Made by a program: the position numbers and the translations under genes. Shown in pieces: positions 56,020-64,000 of a DNA stretch of 64,000 bases. The stretch's first letter is position 1; each line of letters opens with the position of its first letter. The notes beneath the pieces are model-generated. The model was not told the origin of the DNA, did no database searches, and worked only from the letters and a program-made list of their open reading frames with translations. Source of the DNA: Chrysomallon squamiferum (Eukaryota; Animalia; Mollusca); the NCBI GenBank assembly GCA_012295275.1, contig CM022668.1, forward strand, positions 682,001-746,000. Reading direction: 5' to 3'.

Positions 56020-56335
56020 ATGAGTAAACATGAGTATATTATGTGAGTAAATAATGTATGCTGTATGAGTAAACATGAGTATATTATGTGAGTAAATAGT
56101 GTATGCTGTATGAGTAAACATGAGTATATTATGTGAGTAAATAGTGTATGCTGTATGAGTAAACATGAGTATATTATGTGAGTAAATAGTGTATGCTGTA
56201 TGAGTAAACTATGAGTATATTATGTGAGTAAATAGTGTATGCTGTATGAGTAAACATGAGTATATTATGTGAGTAAATAGTGTATGCTGTATGAGTAAAC
56301 ATGAGTATATTATGTGAGTAAATAGTGTATGCTGA
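56020..56335. repeat. 45-bp tandem repeat downstream of the E75 stop
   Basis: About seven copies of ATGAGTAAACATGAGTATATTATGTGAGTAAATAGTGTATGCTGT; explains the MFTHTAYTIYSHNIL artefact ORFs. Confidence 0.92.
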
Positions 56336-57724
56336 GTAAGGAGTATATTCTGTGACTAAACTGTATGCTATTGGAGTAAACAAAAGGTATGAAGTAAACA
56401 TGAGTATGACAGGTGATAAAGAATGGTGTGAGTAATTTGTGTTATGTATGAGTAAAGAAGCCTATGATGAGCAAGCAGTACATGGTTCGTGAGTAAACTG
56501 TTCTATGATGTGTGAATAATGTGTATATTGCTGGAATTAGACATTTGACTGATATTTTGTGGCATGTTAATATATTTTGATATAATTTCATGTTAATGTA
56601 GATAGATATCTTTGGTTTACACTTTACTTCCAGCCTACTCAGTACATATGTACACTATGTTACAGTCATCACTAAATACTGTCTGTGTGTCCTGTGTTTG
56701 TAAAATTTGCTTTCATTGTTAACTTATTCTCAGATTGCTGAAAATACAAGACATATCTAGTTCATCATCTGTAATTTTTCTTTCATTCTTTATTTGTTTT
56801 TTTGTTTTGTTGTTTTTTTCTTTATTTTGTTCATTACCACAGTGTATGTTAATATATACATATATATATACTTTCTTGTCTTTAATTACATTGTTTAGAC
56901 TGTGTTTTGGGTTGACCAGTATAAATAGGTTAGCTATAACAAGAAATCTTTTTCTCCCATTGATATTTAATATAAAACTATTTAATGAAAATGTAGGAAA
57001 CTTGAGAAATGTGGTTGCCTTTAGAATGAAAATTTGTCAGAAAATGTGAAATCCACATTATATTTTTGATAAATGCTTTCACATTGTCAAACATGTTTAT
57101 CTGAACAATCAGAAAAACATCCATAGTCTTACTCCTAGTACAGTATTCATTTTAATATATAAAAAAATACAACAACAACATCAATAAAAATAATAATTAT
57201 AAAACTAATAAAAATATTTGTTGCTTTTACAATGCAGCTTCTATGATACAATAATAACAAATGTGTTAGTTTTTACACAATGCTGAGATATTTGTATTCA
57301 TTTATGTTAGTTTATTTTGTAGCCCTCACTTCATATTTTTACAATGTTTAATAAGGTGGAAGAAATTTACAAAATAACATTTTCCCTATAAACACTGCAA
57401 ACAAGTTGTAAAAAATATGAGTTGAGCAGACATACTCCATGATTGAAATTTGCAATTAACTAATGTTGATGACATTGAATGGGAAGTTAATGTGAAAATT
57501 GTGAAAATTGTGAAAATTATTAAAGTTTGTTAAATGTTCAAAATGATTGTTAAAAACAGTTATATCTGAAATGTATCATTAACATATATATATATCTTTA
57601 TTTATTGTAGAAAGAAAGAATAAAAGCTCCTTTTTTATTGAATGGAAAAAACAAACATTTTCTTCATTCATGTTAATTTATATTCATTATACATATTCAT
57701 TGATAAAATGTTTTATTCAGTTCC

Positions 57725-57773
<49 letters not shown>

Positions 57774-59554
57774 TGTCATCTTGTTTTTGTCATTACGTTT
57801 CATAAAGTTTTTGTCCTAATCCAAACCAACATTCCTGTAGTTAAGTATTATTTAATTTTGTTTAGATATTAGGCCAAAAACATGTTTAAGAGTAATTTAA
57901 AAGTAATTACATCACTAAACAAATTATTAAAAACATCTTTTTGAAGTGTGTTTATACCCGATTTTTGTGATGGTATTTTAAGATCAATGTGTAACATGCT
58001 TTACACAAAGGAATCATTTTAAACACAATTTTGAGTAGATATACATGTAAAATTAGCCTAGCAGATTGAAATAATCTTTTTTTAGTTAATTTTTAAATTC
58101 TCATTTGTTGAAATAGTCACAAACACTTGAAAGAAACCATTTTCAGTTTAAAATAATAAAGCTGTTTGAAATCTAACTAAAAAACTAAAAATGTAATAAA
58201 TAAATAAATATTGCCCATAAAAATGTTTTAGATATCTAGAAAATATATATTTATAGATGTTTTTAAAATTTGCTTAAATAAAATTTTGTTAGGGAAATTA
58301 CTGAAAAGAAAAACAGAATTTAGCTGTAAAAGCTTTGTTTTATAATGTGTATGTTGTAAAATGGATGAAAGTAAAATTATGATTTGTTATTTCATGTGAA
58401 ATAAATATGATAAACATACTACTTTGTCTAGAGTTTTTTTTTTTTTTTTTTTTGGGTTATTATTATTATCATCATCATCATCATTATTATTTAAATTTAT
58501 ATACTTATATATTTTCTAAAATTGTTACTATTTTTATTTTTGGAAACATTTTAATTTTTTTATTGTTATAATGAGTCTTATGTATTAAATGAAAATTCTA
58601 CTTTAATAAATGAACAAATAAATCTTGAAAAATTTGATGGTAACCCTATCTAAATAAAACCTATCAACTACTTGAATTTTAATTGTGGAGGTTTGGAATC
58701 AATGTAATAAGTAAGTTTACTCAAAAACCTTTTGATGAATTTGTCACCGTTTTTTAACATGTAACAACACAGGAAAGAGCATAAAATTAAAAAAAAATGT
58801 ATGTTTGGTACACAGAAACTGCCCCTGAATTTCATAATGATGCTATGTTTCCAGAGATGACACCAGAAGGAAATCAAACAAGAAAGAACAAAGTTACATA
58901 ATATCAAGAATATAAATTTATTTTAGTTTATTATAACAATATCCAAAACTCTTAGAATTTTATTAAGAACAGAAATACTAAATGTTTATTAAGAACAGAA
59001 ATAGCACAATTTGTGTAACAGAAATTTCATAAATAAAAGCATCTGGTAATGTATATTTAGACTGTTTGATTTTCACTAATTCTTGCCACTTTTGCTATTT
59101 TCTCATAGTTCTAACGGCGATTTGGCCAATTACTTTTCTAATTTTTGTTTTTTTATTTTTTATTATTACAATATAACATTTTTTGGGAACAAACGTTTGT
59201 TTACACTCGTAAATCAGTGCATAGTCACCGCTTATCTTCTGTTTTCATTTTAAATACAGCAATTTTGATTTCCATCTCTAGAAACCTTTCTATTTCGTTT
59301 AAGATTCCATCTTTTTATAAATTAAAAAAAATAAAATGAAAAACGAAATAAAGAAAGAAAGGAAGAAAAAGAAGAAGATAGGAAGCAAATTTTTTTTGAG
59401 GGGGACTGGGGTGGTGTTATATTTTGAAAATGTCGGAAAGTTATGGAAACAAACTTGTGGATGTGACATGAAAAACTGGTTCCATCTGTGTTTCCACAGA
59501 GTTCACCATCATTTTACCACGTGTTTCCCTCATGTCAGTGTTATAAGAGAGTTA

Positions 59555-59607
<53 letters not shown>

Positions 59608-60489
59608 TATATATATGAGAGAGAATATATTTAAAAGTTTGTTGATAGGCTTATCTCTAGCTCGACGTTATTATTTAAGAGGTAAGCTTCTAACTGACGT
59701 ATTTTATTTATATTCTATTTAAAGATTACTTTATTTCCAACGATAAAGTTTGGATGTCTTGAAAATATATTTTGACAGTGACGTCACAAATATTAAGGAA
59801 AATGACGTAAAAAGAAAGTTAAAAAGCTAAGAAAATATGGTTTATATTTCTAGCTGGAAACTGTTGTTCATTACTGCAAGTTTTAGAATCAAGTAAGTAT
59901 CACCGCGGTCACGTAGAATTATAAACCAGTGGTTGGCAACCCACCAGTGGGCGTTTGATTGCCTACGATGGGTGGCTAGGCCTTTTTGGACCTATGGATG
60001 TGCGTCGAGCCATTCTTGTAGGTATGTGTAAAAAAAAAAATTTCGCTCTCGCGACATTTTAGCCCGATCCTGGCTGGGCGCACGCCAAAGTGCACAGCAT
60101 CAGCAAACTGCGGTCTTCAAAAATTCCCGTCTGTCGGTCCATTTGAAAAAACCTTTTAAATAAACTTAGTTTGATGACACAGTACTCATATCTTGCTACA
60201 TCCTCACGTCCGATTTGTTATTATTGATCAAGGAGACGTTTATCAAAAGTTTTGTGAAAATAATCTTTCTGAAAACATCTGCAAAGTCATCGATCGTTGG
60301 AAAAATATCGGGTGAATCAAACAATCAAAATATGTTCGCAGTATAGGTATGGTTATTAAGTGCTAGTGTGCTTAATTTCAACAAATTTTATGGTTGCGAA
60401 AGATTGCGCTTTAGAGGTTCGATCATGACGAGTCAGTTCAGGCGCTTTCTGATTTGCTCAGACCGGTGTAGCCAAATATTGTCATACGG

Positions 60490-60615
60490 TAAATTATTAA
60501 TTAAAATTCATGAGTTCTTGCAACTTGTTTAGAAAAAAAGTAAAGGTTTAGAACACTTAAAATGCTTCATTTTGATATATAATACATGTATAGTGGATAT
60601 GAAGGTATATAAGAT
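60490..60615. repeat. Dispersed repeat, also present at ~13318-13440
   Basis: ATTAATTAAAATTCATGAGTT..GCAACTTGTTTAGAA...AAAATGCTTCATTTTGATA..TAATACATGTATAGTGGA occurs at both sites. Confidence 0.8.
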
Positions 60616-61049
60616 ATCAGGAAATTAATAGTTTTGAAACTCTTGCCACACACGAATTCCTACTGAGTTAGTACAGTGTGTCTTTCAAGCCACAGATAAA
60701 TGGATATTCGTAGAAAGAAAAGAGTATGTTTCTCATGTATCTGCATTCAGTGTTTGAGTAGATAAACACACAGAAAAAAAAAAAAAGTTTGCCGGGGACT
60801 GAACTATTTGAGAATAATGATGCATAGATTCTGGTTAAGGATACTAATGAAATGTTCATTTGTCAATAACTCTCGGAAAAGGGAGACTTTAGCTGAGCAG
60901 AGCATTAACGTCTGGTTTTGCTGAAGCCAGTGTGAAGTAAGTTTTCGTTATTTGTCCACATACTTTTGTTACTGCATGACTGAACCATCGGCTTGACACA
61001 TCCACCTACGAAAATGTTCAGTTTGGCTGTTGGAGTTGGAGAAAACTGG

Positions 61050-61112
<63 letters not shown>

Positions 61113-61623
61113 TGTGAGTGCGTGTATTAATATAATTTTTAAAGTTTTTGTATTATTTAATGTAAAATGCTAAAGGTACAGAGGGCACAACTGCATTTCG
61201 ACATTCGCATAAAAGAGTAAAATTCTGGCAAAGCAAGAAGAAATGGCTATTTCTATTTTTATCTGTGTAAAATGCCGACGAAGTCGACCCCCGCACCACT
61301 TAACAAAAGAACTCCCATACACCCATGAGTTAAATGGCGCCTAGGTTAAGATAATGTGGTTTTTGTTACAGAATATGCTGTTCGTCTGTCATCGTGGTGC
61401 TGTGAACAACTGATCTATTTTCTAAAAATATGACTGCCATTTCAAAACGTGGATTCTTGTAGTATTTTGGTTTATCATACATTATCAAAGTATAAAAAAG
61501 TTCTGAATAATGATAACTGATAATGAATGAATTGTGAAAAACATATCACATTTCAACTAACAATAACCATAGTAATAATAAAGTAAATCAAATATAACAT
61601 TTTAAAACTAGTTTTCTTTTTAA

Positions 61624-61774
61624 TGATTATTTGTAAGTATTATTCATCATTAAGATGATTAGTTGGTTAATTTGTTATTAATCACAGTCTGGTAGTTGGG
61701 TAGCAAAATACTATTTCCTTTGACAAATTAACCAACTAATCATCTTAATGATAAATAATACATACAAATAATCA
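61624..61774. repeat. Short inverted repeat or MITE-like hairpin (52-bp arms, 47-bp spacer)
   Basis: 61624-61675 is a near-perfect reverse complement of 61723-61774. Confidence 0.85.
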
Positions 61775-62450
61775 ACACAATACAATTTCTTTTCAGATAT
61801 CCCAGTTACAATTCGTCCGAAATTTCTAAAAGGTTATTTCAGATATTAAAACGTGTTCTATGTAAAATATATTTTATACAATAAACTCATCAGATATGGT
61901 TACAGTGTTGACGGTACATATACCATGTTTACTTTAAATAGCTGCATTTATCTTTGCTATTATTTTCTGTACCTTTATCGATATTATCTCTGAATAGTTA
62001 TTTACATTTATCAAAATCACTCTTCTATATTTTTTATACCTTTCTGTATTTTATCGGCACTACATTTCTTCACAAATGTCTACGTTACTTCTCAGTAAAT
62101 ATATCTAGAATTCCTTTCTATAACGTGCCAGACGTTCCTGTTATGTACAGGTAAATGGTCATGTGCAAATAAACGAAATATACGATTTTTTAATTTATGT
62201 CAGCGAACAACGTGCTTCCGTAAACTGACAACAAAACTTCAGTAATTTAGGGAGCAATTATTCGTTTCTGCACGATCTGTCTACTTTTGCTTTACCTGTG
62301 TATCTATTCTTTACTTTACATATTTACTGTATATTTAATTCATTAATGTTATTTTTCAGTTAGTTTCTGCCGTGCAGATAATGATTTCTGGATCATACGT
62401 CAGTTCGATCGTTATGTGATTCTGGGAAACATATTATCAAACAAACAGCA

Positions 62451-63359
62451 ATGGCAAAACGTGGCAAAGGACCAAAGAGTTATTCATCTAGCTATACTAC
62501 TTACTATGCCAGTTCGGCTTACGTATCGAAAACTCCATCGACGTATACACAATATATATCTGGTTATGGATCGGATTATGGATCCTATCCTAGATCAGAT
62601 TATGGATCGTATACCGGATCAGATTATGGACCGTATCCCAGATCCGATTATGGATATAACTATGAACCTGATTATGGATCTAATTATGGATCTGATTATG
62701 GACCTGGTTATGGATCTGAATATGGGTCTGATTATGGATCTAATTATGGATCTGATTATGGATCTGGTTATGGATCTGGTTACGGTCCTAATAGTGGTCC
62801 TAATGAAGGTCCTGATAATGGACCTAATAGTGGTCCTGATAAAGGTCCTGATAATGGACCTGGTGGTAATGATCCAAAGAATCAAAGTACTGCATATTCT
62901 GACTACGATAGAGGCGCTCTGAATCCTAACAAACAATCCGCAAATAATTTCAGTTGCAATATATGCTGCTGTCCACCAGGTAACAGTAATTTGGTTCCTT
63001 TAGTAACCATGACGCCTCCGTCTCCTCCTGCACCTACCTATAGATACCAATATGTTGAGTGCTCACCGTCGTGTGTTGGATTACGAACTATGTGTCCACC
63101 AGTTTCCGGAGAAAACGGTCGTAAAAGTCTTCTGTCTAGCTGTTGTCCAGTCCAGAATCCGATGACAAGCAGGAACAGCGCTTATTTGGCTCTTGCCGCG
63201 GATATCATGTCCAACATTATGAAAAGGCAGATAATGTACACCTTATGTTGCTTGGACGGGGTCGCACCAACAGGAATCGACCCCAGACTTTTCGAAGATT
63301 TCTGTAAACGATATAATCCCGTTAAATTAACACCTCCTGGACAAATAAAAAAAGAGTAA
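62451..63359 (+). CDS. Uncharacterised 302-aa protein with G/S/D/Y tetrapeptide repeats, GPDN repeats and a Cys/Pro-rich C-terminus
   Basis: Uninterrupted ORF with coding-like composition. ATG in GCAATGG context, preceded by in-frame stops (62361 onward). Acceptor TTTCAG at 62359 suggests a 5' UTR intron; AATAAA signals follow the stop. Confidence 0.8.
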   Translation: MAKRGKGPKSYSSSYTTYYASSAYVSKTPSTYTQYISGYGSDYGSYPRSDYGSYTGSDYGPYPRSDYGYNYEPDYGSNYGSDYGPGYGSEYGSDYGSNYGSDYGSGYGSGYGPNSGPNEGPDNGPNSGPDKGPDNGPGGNDPKNQSTAYSDYDRGALNPNKQSANNFSCNICCCPPGNSNLVPLVTMTPPSPPAPTYRYQYVECSPSCVGLRTMCPPVSGENGRKSLLSSCCPVQNPMTSRNSAYLALAADIMSNIMKRQIMYTLCCLDGVAPTGIDPRLFEDFCKRYNPVKLTPPGQIKKE

Positions 63360-64000
63360 TAAGTAATTATTTCATCTTCAAATATATATTATATAGTATA
63401 ATAATAACATTAATATAATATTGTAATAAAAATAAAACAGTGTATAAAACATTGGGTATATGTTAATGTTATATACCAATATTGTAATAAAACATAAAAT
63501 ACATTAGTATATAACATTAACAGTAATATGTATTATTGTAATAAAACATAGAATAGATAAAACATTACCATTACAACATTGTAATAAATCATATAAGATA
63601 TATCTAGTATAAAGCGCTAACATTAACATGATATATTAATAAAACAGTGAAAGTATAATAGATAGACAGATAGTTTAAATAGGGCTGTGTAGATCAGAAA
63701 TTAGATGTAAAGTACAGAAAGGTATGGTATAAATGTATACATACATTGCGTATATATATGTACACTGACAACGATATACTTACTTTTGTTTTATTAATAT
63801 TATTGTTTTATATTAGATATATTTTTATATGGTTCATTACGGTGTTCTAATTAATATTAATGTTACGTACTATTGTATTTTGTGCTTTGTTGCAATATTA
63901 TATTAATGTTAATATCATATTAGTATTGTTTTGTTTTGTTAATGTTATACACTGATTTATTTTGTTTTGTTACAGTATTATATTAATATTAGATTTATTT

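Noticed and set aside
62416-62936. Overlapping ORFs 62416-62922 (+) and 62619-62936 (-)
   Set aside because: Alternative-frame shadows of the 12-bp repeats in the 302-aa gene.

Overview
AT-rich, microsatellite-laden animal DNA with spliceosomal introns, most plausibly from a mollusc (gastropod); it is not prokaryotic. Gene models were spliced by hand from GT-AG boundaries and phase compatibility. (1) A tandem duplication with an offset of 17,258 bp carries two TNF-receptor-superfamily genes on +: the 3' half of copy 1 (372-5369) and a complete copy 2 (~12930-23088; signal-like segment, TNFR cysteine-rich domains, TM helix, no death domain). The cytoplasmic tail of copy 2 contains a canonical-looking RHIM amyloid-signalling motif (MINIVNSSGTQC-VQIG-NYSQIRI). 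The same exon in copy 1 has diverged sharply and lost the core (VQTE). The rest of the tail is built from duplicated micro-exons, and the locus has a palindromic NF-kB site and intronic satellites full of AP-1 sites. (2) A decayed multi-exon gene lies on - between the two copies. (3) A 13-exon E75/Rev-erb (NR1D) nuclear receptor (38059-54396, ~1127 aa) keeps both heme ligands, has a very long C-terminal region, and is surrounded by seven perfect ROREs plus D-boxes. (4) A gene with an intronless CDS encodes a Gly/Ser/Tyr-repeat, Cys-rich 302-aa protein (62451-63359). Satellites, inverted repeats and MITE/SINE remnants make up much of the rest. Most ORFs in the supplied track are repeat artefacts.
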